Below are positions 38,901 to 50,564 of a stretch of DNA of 64,000 nt, piece by piece (position 1 is the first letter of the stretch; every line of letters begins with the position of its first letter). Under the pieces are notes generated by a model. It did not search any database. It was not told where the DNA came from and saw nothing but the letters and a program-made list of their open reading frames with translations. This DNA comes from Guillardia theta CCMP2712. Its lineage: Eukaryota > Protista > Cryptophyta. A program made the position numbers and the translations under genes. The stretch covers positions 593,238 to 657,237 of the forward strand of contig NW_005434669.1 of the NCBI RefSeq assembly GCF_000315625.1, written 5' to 3'.

Positions 38901-41900
38901 AGACATGGAGGGGGGAAGGGATCGTGTGCGACATGCGAGACTGGAGCCTCGACGTGGCGACCTACGGGGAGATCGAGCTGCTGCGAAGCTGGATCGACAC
39001 AGTCGACTTTCTCTTCGACGTCGGCATCGTCTGCTCTCGTCGCTCAGCCGCATGTGACGTGTCGTACGCGCAGAGGCTTCTGGCTGGGCTCCACCGCCTC
39101 GTCCACCTCCCTGACTCGTACGAGCCACCAGCAGCAAGCAAGGAGACGATGATGCGATGCAGCCTGCGGTCTCGCGCCCTCGAAGTTGTGCATCGGCTCA
39201 TGTCTCTCAAGACTAACATCCGCATCTCCTTCTTCGTTGATCGCTGGGAAGATTTCTTCCTATCCACAGAAGAACATGGGGGAGCGAGTGGAGGAGGGGC
39301 GGGAGGAGGCGGAGAGGATGACAGCTCATATCTGTTGCATCAAGATGGTAGGGACGGAAGAATCAAGAGCCTGGTGCAGGAAATGTTTGATGAACAAATA
39401 CTTGGAAACGAAGGAAACATCAGTGACGTGTACGTCGAAGGCAGCTACAACTCAGACCTGTTCGTGAAGTTGATGACAGACATGCTTGTATTCAATGACA
39501 TCAAACTGAGCAGACAGGCCGTGGAGCTTCTGATCCGACACATCGATCAGAAAGTTCGATTCCTGCAAGACATGGAGCAGATTCAGGTGCTGGTGTACCC
39601 GGAAGCTGCGCGCGTGTACGAGTCTGCCCAGCTGCTCGTCTCCGATCTCGTCAGGCTCAAAGATCGTCTGCTGGCTGACAACGAGGAGGCCCTCCAGCAG
39701 GCGACTCTTGTCATCCGCACCATCTCAGCTGCCCTCATCCCCCAAGGCGCCAGGTCAGCCTCCATCGTTCGCAAGAATCAGACCATCCTCAACAACCTCG
39801 ACCTCGACCGCCACGTCATCGAGATCCTGCGGCTGGTGAGTCGCTCGACGAGGTCGTCGGAGCCGGAGGAGGAGGAGGAGAAGGAAGAGGCGAGCAGTGG
39901 ACAGAGAGAGCTGTTGCAGGCTTGCTGCACCTTCATCTCGCTCATGGTCAAGGAGTATCCGAGGGCTCAGGTCAAGGTTGTGGAGCACGTGGACCTGCTG
40001 GTAGAGCAGCTGGGGAAGAAAGGGATCAACGTGGCAGACGCTATCCGAGAGGTCTTCTCCAACAACCTGCCCTTGTGCTCTGAAGTCCCGGAGAGCCTGT
40101 TGCGGCATCTCACGTCCGCCATCAAGACCTGGGGGCAGGAGGAGAGTTGGATGCGAGCGCTGGAGGTGTTCCTGCTTTGCGATGGGGTGCTGATCAAGAG
40201 AAATCAGAACCTCGTCTCCCGTCTCCTGCTGGAAGAGCATGAAAGCCTCCTCCTCCTCTCCTGCGACTTGTTGGCCGACTGCCTTGACAAGGCAGAGAGG
40301 AGGCGCGAGCTCGAGTTTCACATCCAGTGCCTGCGCATCCTAGCACTCTGCGCGTCAGGAAGCAACTTGAAAGTGCAGGTGAAGCTGATGGAGCTGGTGG
40401 GGCTGGAGCGAGTGGTGCGCAGCATCGTGGAGCTCGACGAGCAGCTGAGAGCGGAGGGGCGCAGCTACGACAATCAGCTCTACAGGCTGCAGGAGAGCAG
40501 GACGAGGGTTGTGACGAACGTCTACCTCACGTGCGAGGACGGACGAGCCAAATTTGCGATCCAGTCTTGTGGCTGCATCATGACGGCAGACGCCGAGGGA
40601 CGCAGCCTCTTGGCGACCTTTATGCGGCTGGTGGAGGACGTCGAGAAACGCCTGGGAGCAGCAGGCGAGGAGGAGCAGGACAAACAGGATGCTAGCTGCA
40701 AGCTCGTCGAGAGCTTGGCAGAGGCTCTGCGATGGATGATAACCAGCAGCGACGTGGAGACAGGGGAGGCTCGTAGCGAGCAGCTCCACCCCCACATCCA
40801 TCCGCAGCTGCTCTCCCTGCGCATCAAGCTGGTCTCGCTCTACCAGACCTTCGGTCCTCAGCTGCAGGAGTCGACGGAGAGCATCAACGCGCTCTTGGTC
40901 GAGCTCAACCACCTGGGAGTGCTCGGGGACCTGCTGGTGAAGGCGGAGACGGGGGAGGCAAGCTCAGAGCCTCATCGCACCGTCGAGGAGCGTTTCCTGC
41001 ATGGGCTGCGGAGCTTCAAGGAGGGAGTGAGGAGCGTCATCGGTGACGACAGCAGCGGCTTCTCCTCCTCCCTCATCCGCGAGATGTCTTGCCTGCTGAC
41101 TTCCCTGCGGGGACAGGACGACGACTTGAGCGCGCTGAGAGAGTTTTGCCGGCTCATAACGGACGAAGACTGCGAGTCAGACCTGCAGCACGTCGGGCTG
41201 CAGGTGCTCCGAGCGATCGTGTACCTGAACCCCGCGAAGAAGAGCAGGAGGGAGCAGGAGGAGGAGTACGCGAGGATGAAGACTTTCGACGACCCCTCCG
41301 ATGCTCAGAACAACGTTCCTGAGTTCTTGAACCTGCAGCTGCTGGTGGCGCAAGCAGGGGCGGTGGACGCTTTCCTGGCATGCTTCTGTCAAGATGATGC
41401 ACGCATAGTACGAGAGTCTCTCCTGCTTGCTAACTCGCTCCTTGCCGGGGGGAACGCGATGGTGCAGCAACTCTTCTCGCGGTACCTCGCGTCTCCTTCC
41501 AGCCAGACATTCTTCTTGAAGCTCCTCGACACCTTCGAGCATGCGACCATGCAGATCAAAGAAAGGAAGAAGAGGTCGAAGAAAGACAAGGCGAGGAAGA
41601 AATTAATCGAGTCAGCCACCGTTGAGAGAAGAGAAGAGGATGACAACGGATATGTCGTGATGACGGAGGTGATGGCGATGTCTTCATCTCTTCTGCTGAC
41701 ATGACAACCCTCAGGTCATGAAGTTAATGCGCAGGCTGTGCATGGGAGGGAACAAAATGCTGCAGGACATTCTGAGAGAGCAGAAGTTGAATCGAGTCTC
41801 CATCAACTTCTTCGAGGAGACTGTCAAATATCTCATCGCCAGCGAGCTGGTGAACCCGACTTCTTCCACTTCTCCACCCTAACTTCTGACCTCTCCCTCT

Positions 41901-44557
41901 CCCATCCTCTTCCGAAAGACATAACCCCTCCCCCCCCTCTCCTCCTCTCCTCATGTCTGAACCCTCTCTCAGGACATCAACTCTCTCATTGCGTCTGCCA
42001 ACGTCTACGAGGTGGAGGGGATAATCCGCGCGTTCATGATGATCGCTGACGCCATGTACGGCCCCAACCTCGACAACCAGTGGGAGCTGTCGACCGCTGA
42101 CTTCTTCGACCTCGTGGATCGCATCTTCTCCCGCGTCTTCTTCGAGACTTGCTCGAGCAGTTCTCAGTCGCCCGACAGGAGCCCGCAGGCGGTGAGGGTC
42201 AGGAACCTGATGAGGACGCGGCTCAAGGTCGCCATGTCGACTTGTCTCAACGCCTTCCTGGAGGGCGTCCAGGATGACGTCATCCCTGCCCGGATGATCA
42301 CTACCCTGCAGTGGAGCGGAATCGTGCAGCAAACCACTCACTGCTACGACATGCTGCAAGAGAAGACCGGACTCTCGGAGGCGGAGCTTGTGAAGGAGGG
42401 AATCAGCTACTTTCTCGTCATGTCGTTCCTGGTGGCGTTTGATCGCACCGGAGTGATCAGGATGGCGATCAAGCAGACGGAGAAGGCAGGAGCATTCTTT
42501 AGGGAGAGGATGGCGAACATCGAGATCGAGAGGGAGGGGAGGTTGGAGAGGATCTTCTTCCAGCTGCCCGAGGAGTGTGTGGCTGGGGGGGAGCTGGACT
42601 TGAGCTACATGGAGCTCTTTGAGAGCATCGAGAGGGGGAATCCGGAGAAGAAGAGCAAGAGCTACATAGAGAACATGAAGAAGATCATCGCGCGCGAGGA
42701 TTTTCATCAGAGGATTCGAGACTCTCTTCTCTTCTTCACTGTCACTCACTGGGACTTGATCAAACGCGCGACCCTCGTGTGGGTCCTGCTCCTTCACTTG
42801 CTCCTCGTCTGCTCCAGCTACGCCCCCAACGATGTCCTTGCCGGCGAATCTGCACATGATCGTTACGTTGAAATGAAGCTCAACTCAACGGAGTACGACA
42901 GACGTTTCTTTGAGGCCTCGGGGCGGGTGCAGGTGGTGGTGGACTACATGTGCATCGTCAACCTAGTGCTCTGCTCTTTGAGACTCTTCTCCTTCTGCAC
43001 AGTCACAGCACCCGAGATCATCCGAGAGCAGAGATTCCGATCCTCACATCTTCGCCATTCTACACACATCCCGTCAGGTTACCAGAAACAGAACAGCGGG
43101 GCTGATCTATGGCAGGATCAGGAAGATGTGTTTGTAGATGTGTTCAACGCACAGCAGAAAGCTCCGGCTCGTGCTCCGATGGAGAAGCTAATGGCGGCCG
43201 AAGAGCAAGAGGATGGAGAAAGAATCTTGAAGAGAAGATTCAGGGCAAGGAAGCTGTTGCAAGGGATGCTGATCCTCGTACAGTCTGAGAAGTTCTTGTA
43301 TGAGGTTGCTTTCTTTCTCTTTTCTCTTGTTGCTGTTGTGATGGACAACACGTTGTTCACCACCTTCAGTCTGCTTGAGGTGATCGCTACTCTTGTGATG
43401 CTCACAATGACATGACGGCCTGCAGGTCTTCCTGTTGGAATCCTCTCGCAATGTCATCGACGCGATGCGGTTCAAGTCCATGGCGATGCTGAACACCTTC
43501 TTCATCGGGCTTGTCTTCCTCTACGCCTGGATGATCTTCGGCATCCTGGTCTTCGATGACTTACATCGCGATGACAAGGACAACCCCATCTGCTCCAACA
43601 TGTTCCAGTGCCTCGTTGCGTATCTCTTCATCGCCATGCGCGGCGACGGCATCAAGGATATGACAGCCGCGCCGTCCATACCTCACAACCTCGTCGACTC
43701 GCTCTCAAAGCCTGACGTCTTCCTCCTCCGACTGCTCTGGGACTTGACCTACCAGGTAACGCGAAAGAGGCGCGGGAATGACTGACCAGACCACTGCAGT
43801 GGCTCTTCATCTACGTGCTCCTCGCTATCATCACAGGCATCGTCATCGACGCCTTCGGCAGTCTCAGGGACAAGAAGCAGAAGGAGGAGGAAGACCTCAA
43901 CAGCGTCTGCTTCGTCTGCAACCTCGATCGCTTCCGCATCGATCAGGTGCCTTGTCCTTCTCTCCGTCCCTGTGCAGTCCAACAAGTTTGGCAGTATGGC
44001 GTTGGGTTTGTGAAGCACGTGAAGTTCGAGCACAACGCGAGGTGGTACCTCTTCTTCCTGATGCGAGTCAAGCACACCCCCGTCACCCTCCTGACCTCGC
44101 AGGAGAGATACGTCAGAAGCAAGGTCCAGCCACTCCCTCTCGCCTCCTGCTGACTCGTCGCGGCAGGTCTGGCCACAAGTCGGGAAACCTCGCTATGACT
44201 GGCTGCCCAAGTGATTCCTCACTCGGACATGCTTCGAGTTGCTGACTGAGATGGCAGGGAGAGGACGTTCTCGATGCCTGAGGAGATCCTGGAGGAGAAG
44301 GACCGGGTACTTCATCTAATGCCTTCCTCTCTACCCTCACTGGGCTTGTTTCCAGCTCGAGCCCAGGCTTGCTCAACTGGATAGCAAACTGAACGCCTTT
44401 GAGAACAACCTCCTGCAGCTCATGGTACTGCTCGCTCCTTGTTTCCAACTCCTCAAACTTGTGGCAGGAGCGTGTCCGTGAGAGGAAGGAGGCTGGTACC
44501 GATGACATACTGACCCTGTGGAGTCGGACGCTTTCTAGCGCTTCAGTGCGTGCATGA
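35965..44557 (+). CDS. ITPR: Inositol 1,4,5-trisphosphate receptor-like intracellular Ca2+-release channel (possible extra 5' exon near 35.66-35.8 kb)
   Basis: N-terminal LKFGDQIAL; suppressor and MIR domains (ILFGDSIQLQHVASGLFL, FRMKHLPSGMYL); RIH (NRLLQKLLRE); RIH-associated region (LLAGGNAMVQ, RRLCMGGNKMLQDILREQ, YGPNLDNQ); IEIEREGRLERIFFQLP; pore RGDGIKD; S6 LLAIITGIVIDAFGSLR; C2H2 CFVC...HVKFEHN. Confidence 0.92.
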
Positions 44558-44810
44558 CAAGCCTAGCCATGTCTGTCTGAAGGTGTCGTAGACGGTCATG
44601 AGCTATTCTTCCTGTACATTAAAGAGATACTTGTATGTAGGAAACAGCACTCTTCAAGAGTGTTGCAACATGTAGCTCGGCATGTCTGATGTTGTGATGG
44701 AAGGGTTCACTAAATACGTATCCGCTGCCTTCCAGTGCGCTTCTTCTGTCCCTCTGAGGCAGACCGTCCGCCACTCATGAGTAAAAGCTGTAGGGCCGGA
44801 GAGACGCGTA

Positions 44811-44895
44811 ATGGCCAGTAGGAACCAGGAACAGATGGAGCAGAGTGTGCTCGCCACTAGAGCCTAGCAGGAGGGGGAGGGGGAGGGGGAGAGCA

Positions 44896-44948
<53 letters not shown>

Positions 44949-46264
44949 GGAAGGAAAGGAGATAAGACCTGCAGAGCTTGTAATGACAACTCTCAAAAGT
45001 CTGTCTTGAACTTATGCGGGATTGAGGCTCTTTTGAGACGCCAGACATGTGACATGTTCTGAGCTCATCGACTAAGATGAGATCTGAGCTCATCGACTAA
45101 GATGAGATCTGAGCTCATCGACTAAGATGAGATCATCTTGGTTGCTTATCATCTTCTTTGCCAGGTGCTGGTGAAATGTCCAAGGAGAGTTCTGTGGTAC
45201 TTGAGCGACTCCTCTACCTCCCTCTATCTCTCTCCTGCCCCTCCCTCTATCTCTCTCCTGCCCCTCCCTCTATCTCTCTCCTGCCCCTCCCTCTATCTCT
45301 CTCCTGCCCCTCCCTCTATCTCTCTCCTGCCCCTCCCTCTATCTCTCTCCTGCCCCTCCCTCTATCTCTCTCCTGCCCCTCCCTCTATCTCTCTCCTGCC
45401 CCTCCCTCTATCTGTCCCTGAAATCTTGCTCAGGCTCCTTGGATGCCGGATGTTGACAAGGTACAGTCTGCTTCTGACATTCCCATGTATCCTGAGAGAG
45501 ACGGCAGGTCAGAAGTAAGTTCGACCATTACGACGTGGTACTCCGAGCCTGCATGTTGCTGCTGACCTGACAACGTGACGTGATGAGAATGGAGACGGGG
45601 AGCTTGATGAAGGAGAATGCATAGCGCTTGCCAAAGATCTGATCGCCAGCTTTCAACTCGGCAAAGTAGATGAATCCCAAATCAAGGTTGTCCTAATACG
45701 CTCACGTGATCTTGCTCATGGATGAGACAGCAATGTTCGGAGTCGCTCATGTCGAGGGTAGATGGACTGTCCGGGAACCAGGACAACAAGATTCAATTCG
45801 AAGAATTCCTTCCCTGGTCTTGAAAGCATGTGTCCTGTTGTGCATGATGAGTTTCAGGTACATCCAGGTGGCGGAGGAGCACTGGAGATTGTTACACCCG
45901 AGCACGAAGGAAGCGGCGGTGAGACAGTCCTTGACATCTGTTCGCTTGACATGATTAGGCTCACAAACCTCGAGAGGACCGTGAGGGGCAGGACGACGAG
46001 AACTACTCGCCTGAGGTCGCTATGGATGTACCAGGCCCAACCACACCCTGACCCTCCGCCCTCAGTCTGTCTTGTCCAAGATCTCCTCTCTACGCGCACA
46101 AGTGGCTGAGATCAGAACCTCCTTGAAGGTCGCATGACGCATAGCGCGTGACCTTCCCTGACTGAGCCACTGACCTCCTGCATCAGACGTGGGACTCCGA
46201 GTTCGAGGAAGAGCTTGAGAAGTGCATCCAAGAACTGCCTGCCGCTCTGACAGCGCCTGTATAG
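44811..46264 (+). CDS. EF-hand calcium-binding protein, multi-exon (start uncertain)
   Basis: FDHYDV/DENGDGELDEGEC and NQDNKIQFEEF EF-hand loops; coiled C-terminus ..WDSEFEEELEKCIQELPAALTAPV*. Confidence 0.6.
44898..44945. repeat. (CAG)n microsatellite
   Basis: Directly visible. Confidence 0.95.
45061..45134. repeat. Tandem 25-bp minisatellite GAGCTCATCGACTAAGATGAGATCT, about 3 copies
   Basis: Directly visible; each unit contains the inverted repeat CTCATC..GATGAG. Confidence 0.92.
45218..45412. repeat. Tandem 23-bp minisatellite CTCCCTCTATCTCTCTCCTGCCC, about 8.5 copies (intronic)
   Basis: Directly visible. Confidence 0.95.
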
Positions 46265-46948
46265 ACCCGCTCGCAAATGTACAGAGGATCTCTAGCTATC
46301 AGTAGATCTGCCCGAAATGTCAAATCGGGAGAGCCTGCTGTAGAGGGGAGCTCAATTCTCCCTTTCTCCCTCCTTTCTAGTCCATTCCTTTCTCCTCTCC
46401 TTCTCTCCTCCTTCTCTCCTCCTTCTCTTGTCTTCCTCGGCCCGCATTTCTTCGCCTAGTGGAGGACCCATGAGCCGCTTGAAAGTCCCATCACCCCACC
46501 CCATCACTTGCAATGAGTATCCCAAGTACCGGTGGAAGAGAGAAAATGGAGTACCCCCACCCTGAGTCAAAATGACAAGCGATCACGATGAAAGGACAAG
46601 CAAGAGGAGGGGGAGCAAGTAGGGAGCGAAGGGAGCGAACAAGGTAGGTGGGGATAGCCATAGTGGTCAGGAGAGGATGTGATAATGCTTAGGGAGCAGG
46701 GAAGGGAAGAAGCATGCAGAGGAAACGAGAGACGGTTGAAGTCGTGGGAGTGAGAGTGATGTATGAGAAAGGAAACGACCCTGCCAGTGATCTTTTGATC
46801 GTGTGATACTCCACAACTTATTTCTCTTCTTTCCTCCAGGATTCGTCGTTTTGTTTCTGCTTGACATGTCTGCGATTAGACTGTGGGTTGTCACAGTTGT
46901 CTCTGCAAGACCTTGCATGTGCGGCAGCGAGTGAAATCACCTCCCTTC

Positions 46949-49093
46949 ATGGCTTCCGTTTGTCTCTCACGCAAAGGGCTTCCTCTCAGCCTCTACGCCC
47001 CGTGGGTGCTTGTTTGCTTCCTCGCTCTCTTCCATGATGGGGCAGTCTCAACTTGTCCGCTCGGCTACTTCAACCTGACAAACTTCGAAAGCACTCGTTG
47101 CATCATGTGCGCTGCTGGCACCTACAGCGCCACGAATGATTCGCTATCATGCACTTCCTGCCCAGCAGGAACGTATGGGACCCAACCTGCTGCGAGCTTC
47201 TGTCTCACGTGCTCTCCTGGCACCTTCCAACCTCAGATTGGACAGACTTTCTGCGATCAATGCTGGAAGGGTTACGCCTGTCCGCGGCCGGACATAGGAT
47301 ATCCAGATCCTTGCGTCGTTGGGAAATTTTCTGTAGGTGGTCTTTCAGCTTGTCAAGATTGCCCCCAAGGTCAATTCAATGATCGCACCATTGCTTCCTT
47401 CTGTCAGACATGTACTGGCGGAACGTTCTCCTTACAGGGAAGCTCAAACTGCACCAAGTGTCAACCAGGAACGTACTCTCTGGCTGGAGCAAGTACTTGC
47501 AGCAGCTGCCCCTTGGGAACGTACAACGAGATGGCAGCACAGACGGCGTGTGTCTTGTGTCCTGTCGGGATGTCGTCCAACATTTCGGGTCAATCATGCT
47601 ACGCTTGTCCCGTTGGTAAGTATTCGAATGCTCAGCGCCTTTGCTTGTCTTGCAATCCTGGGACCTACGGCAACACAAACCAGAGCTCAGCGTGCAGCAA
47701 CTGTCCTCTAGGGCAGTTCAGTATGATCTCTGCCTCGTCTGTCTGTTCAGTCTGCGGTTCTGGAAAGTATTCCGACAGAACAGCTCAGAGCTTTTGCTCT
47801 GATTGCGCGACTGGAACTTTTTCTGTTGCTATAGGTCAATCTTTCTGCTCTCTGTGTCAGTTGGGAAGCTACAACTCGAACACTTCGCAAACATCTTGCT
47901 CGACATGTGAGGTTGGGACTTACAACAACCAGAGCAAATCTTCTGCTTGCAGCTCTTGCGCGCCCGGGTATTTCAATGGAATCATCGGAGCGACGGCATG
48001 TGCTGTGTGCTCCAGAGGATTTTACAGCAACACGAGTGGAGTTTCGGTATGTTCGGCTTGTCCGTTGGGAACGTACGGAACAGCACAAGGCCAAAGTCAC
48101 TGCCAGGCATGTGCGAGAGGAAGTTACGGCAACTTGCTCAATTCTTCTGCTTGCTTGGATTGCGCACCGGGAACTTTTGCGGCCAACATAAGTCAGAGCA
48201 GCTGCCTGGCATGCCAGCCCGGGTCCTTCACTGTCTCCTCCAGACAATCCTCATGCTCCTTGTGCCCCGAGGGATCCTTCTCCAACTCCAGCGGCAGCAC
48301 CGCCTGCCTTCACTGCCCAGCTTTGACCGTCAGCGCTGCACCAGGCAGCACAAGCTGCTCGAGCTGCCCACGAGGCAAGTATCAGCCGGCGTCAGAGAGC
48401 TCCATCTGCAAAGACTGCAGCATCGACGTCATCCTCAACTCTCCCCAGCTGTGCCAGTCGAGCTTTGCCTCTCTCATCCCCTGCGTAGCAGGAGAGTACA
48501 TGTCGCGTGAGCAGACGTCGCTGACGCTCGTGGAGGATCACGATCTTGGCTCCTGTGGGGGTGGAGGAGGCCCATGGAACATAACCTCGAGCGGAGGAGC
48601 CATCAGCAGCAACGAGTTTCTCTTCCTCAACGGCTGGACGTGCAAGTGGGACTTCTTGACGCGCTTCAACCTTGGCATCAACATTACTCGGTTCCGAGCC
48701 GACCATGCTAGCGCGGCGCTCTACCTCGAAGAGTGGGACGGGCGTGGCAGGTACCTCAGCCTCTTGCAAAGTCAGGTGGGGACCATGTGGGACCTTCCGA
48801 TGACTTGGGAGTATCTTCATCCTCGCGTGGGTGAGTACCGCAGAGTCTCTCTCCTCCTCGCTACCTTCCACGACTCCGGATCCCTCCTCATTCCAGCGGG
48901 ACTGCGAGCTTCCTGGAGGTCCTACGGGCCCGCCATCTGCCGCGCGTGCCCTGCTGGGACTTTCTCAGCTGCTCCTCTCAGTCTGGCCTGCTCTTCCTGC
49001 CCCTCCGGCACCTTCTCTGGCTCCGGTCAATCCTTCTGTAGTCAGTGCCCCCCCGGCAAGACTTCCCCGGCCGGTTCGGGCGAGTGCGCATGA
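46949..49093 (+). CDS. Secreted cysteine-rich protein with GCC2_GCC3/ephrin-receptor-like repeats and a CUB-like insert
   Basis: Signal peptide (..PWVLVCFLALFHDGAVS), many CxxCPxGTY/F repeats, and a non-repeat insert CGGGGGPWNITSSGGAISS..CKW..GINITRF..GLRASW; AATAAA shortly after the stop. Confidence 0.85.
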   Translation: MASVCLSRKGLPLSLYAPWVLVCFLALFHDGAVSTCPLGYFNLTNFESTRCIMCAAGTYSATNDSLSCTSCPAGTYGTQPAASFCLTCSPGTFQPQIGQTFCDQCWKGYACPRPDIGYPDPCVVGKFSVGGLSACQDCPQGQFNDRTIASFCQTCTGGTFSLQGSSNCTKCQPGTYSLAGASTCSSCPLGTYNEMAAQTACVLCPVGMSSNISGQSCYACPVGKYSNAQRLCLSCNPGTYGNTNQSSACSNCPLGQFSMISASSVCSVCGSGKYSDRTAQSFCSDCATGTFSVAIGQSFCSLCQLGSYNSNTSQTSCSTCEVGTYNNQSKSSACSSCAPGYFNGIIGATACAVCSRGFYSNTSGVSVCSACPLGTYGTAQGQSHCQACARGSYGNLLNSSACLDCAPGTFAANISQSSCLACQPGSFTVSSRQSSCSLCPEGSFSNSSGSTACLHCPALTVSAAPGSTSCSSCPRGKYQPASESSICKDCSIDVILNSPQLCQSSFASLIPCVAGEYMSREQTSLTLVEDHDLGSCGGGGGPWNITSSGGAISSNEFLFLNGWTCKWDFLTRFNLGINITRFRADHASAALYLEEWDGRGRYLSLLQSQVGTMWDLPMTWEYLHPRVGEYRRVSLLLATFHDSGSLLIPAGLRASWRSYGPAICRACPAGTFSAAPLSLACSSCPSGTFSGSGQSFCSQCPPGKTSPAGSGECA

Positions 49094-49448
49094 CAGTTGA
49101 AGGGACTCAGTGACTAATAAAAGCTTGTGAATACTTCCTCGAGCATCTCCCTGAGGCAAGCTTGCATATTGAGTAAAACAAGGGCATGGCTGCGTCATCG
49201 CTCGATTGTGGGAATCGCGAGGGGGGGGGGGGAGGATGGAATGAAGGACGATTGTAGGGGAATAGTGAGAAGGGAAGGGAAGGGAACAAACCAACATATC
49301 CGACAACATGGCACCGTAACGAAGAAAATCATTCATTCAGTGAAAACGAGGTCTACCTGACTTCCCTTTGACTACGATGTGCTAGCAATCCGTCTTCAAA
49401 GTAGCTATTCGATTCAAATGTTTTCTAAACTATATTCACAGATTCACA

Positions 49449-50564
49449 ATGGATAACGTGCAAGGAAGGCTGACGAAGCTCGTCCACATCAGCAAGCGAG
49501 CTTGCGACCAGTTGGGCATTCTCGTGCGATCCATCTACAGCTCCATCGACGAGCAAACAGCCACCGTGAAACAAGATAAGAGCGCCTTCACCATCGCAGA
49601 CGGTCTCGTGCAGGAGCTGCTGAGCGAGCTGTTCGAGGGCAAGGTGAAGACGATCGTGGGGGAGGAAGACGATGCGCAGGTGAGGCTGGACAGGAGGCCG
49701 ATGACGGTAGGATCGCTGTGCGTACCGGAGCAGCACGAGAGGATCATCGAGAGGAGCCGGAGAGGGATGCAGGAGCTGGGGCGAGAGCTGGAGGACGGGG
49801 GGTACCAGGACCTGACGGTGTTCATCGACCCGATCGACGGGACGCGAGAGTTCTCGACCAAGAAGGGAGAGCAGTGCAGCATCTGCATCGGCTTCTCGGA
49901 CGGAGGGGGGCAGGCGGTGGCGGGGCTGGTGTACCGCCCGATCCCAGAGGGGTGGGAGACGAGCTGGGAGGAGGAGCGGGCGGTAGAGGCATGCACCTGG
50001 GGAGGAGGGGCGAGGTCGGAGGGGACGGCGGTAGGGCGGCTGGATAGGAAGGAGGGAGGGGGAAGAGGCTTCCTGACAACCAACGGGAAGATCTCAGGGT
50101 TTGTGGAGAAGCTGATGGGAGAGCTGAAGGAGGAGCGAGTGAGCTCGGGGGGAGCTGGGAACAAGATGCTGATGCTGCTGGAGGGGAAGGGCGGGATGTA
50201 CATTCAAGACAGGGGAGTGAGCCGGTGGGATACATGCGCGGCACAGGCAGTGATCGAGGCGTACGGGGGGCTTCTATGCCGACTGGATCGGTATCTGGAG
50301 GAGGAGAAGCTTGTGCCGTACACGTACGTGAAGGGAGAGAAGAACGCGGACTTTGTGAAGGGGCTTGCGGAGCTGACGGCATACAACGCGCGGGAGTGGG
50401 GGGAAGGAGGGGAGAGGAGGAAGGCGATGGAGGCGAGGGAGGTGAAGGCGTACTCGAACCTGAACGGGCTTCTGGCGGTAAGCAAGGAAGGGAGGGAGAG
50501 GCTGGGGGAAGTGCGGGAGGCGATGAGGAGGGTAGAGGAGGAGGAGGGACCTTCATACGACTGA
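49449..50564 (+). CDS. BPNT1: 3'(2'),5'-bisphosphate nucleotidase (BPNT1-like, FIG/inositol-monophosphatase superfamily), intronless standalone copy
   Basis: FTIADGLVQ, VGEED, FIDPIDGTREF, GGAGNKMLMLLEGK and WDTCAAQAVIEAYGG. GGAGNK..EGK and WDTCA are typical of the BPNT1 branch. Confidence 0.85.
   Translation: MDNVQGRLTKLVHISKRACDQLGILVRSIYSSIDEQTATVKQDKSAFTIADGLVQELLSELFEGKVKTIVGEEDDAQVRLDRRPMTVGSLCVPEQHERIIERSRRGMQELGRELEDGGYQDLTVFIDPIDGTREFSTKKGEQCSICIGFSDGGGQAVAGLVYRPIPEGWETSWEEERAVEACTWGGGARSEGTAVGRLDRKEGGGRGFLTTNGKISGFVEKLMGELKEERVSSGGAGNKMLMLLEGKGGMYIQDRGVSRWDTCAAQAVIEAYGGLLCRLDRYLEEEKLVPYTYVKGEKNADFVKGLAELTAYNAREWGEGGERRKAMEAREVKAYSNLNGLLAVSKEGRERLGEVREAMRRVEEEEGPSYD

Noticed and set aside
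30552-42857. Antisense ORFs overlapping the K+ channel and IP3R exons (e.g. 30552-31205, 41724-42857)
   Set aside because: Expected by-product of high third-position GC in long exons.
45061-45412. Palindromic or regular repeats resembling a CRISPR array
   Set aside because: Head-to-tail tandem units with no unique spacers, no cas genes and a eukaryotic intronic context.
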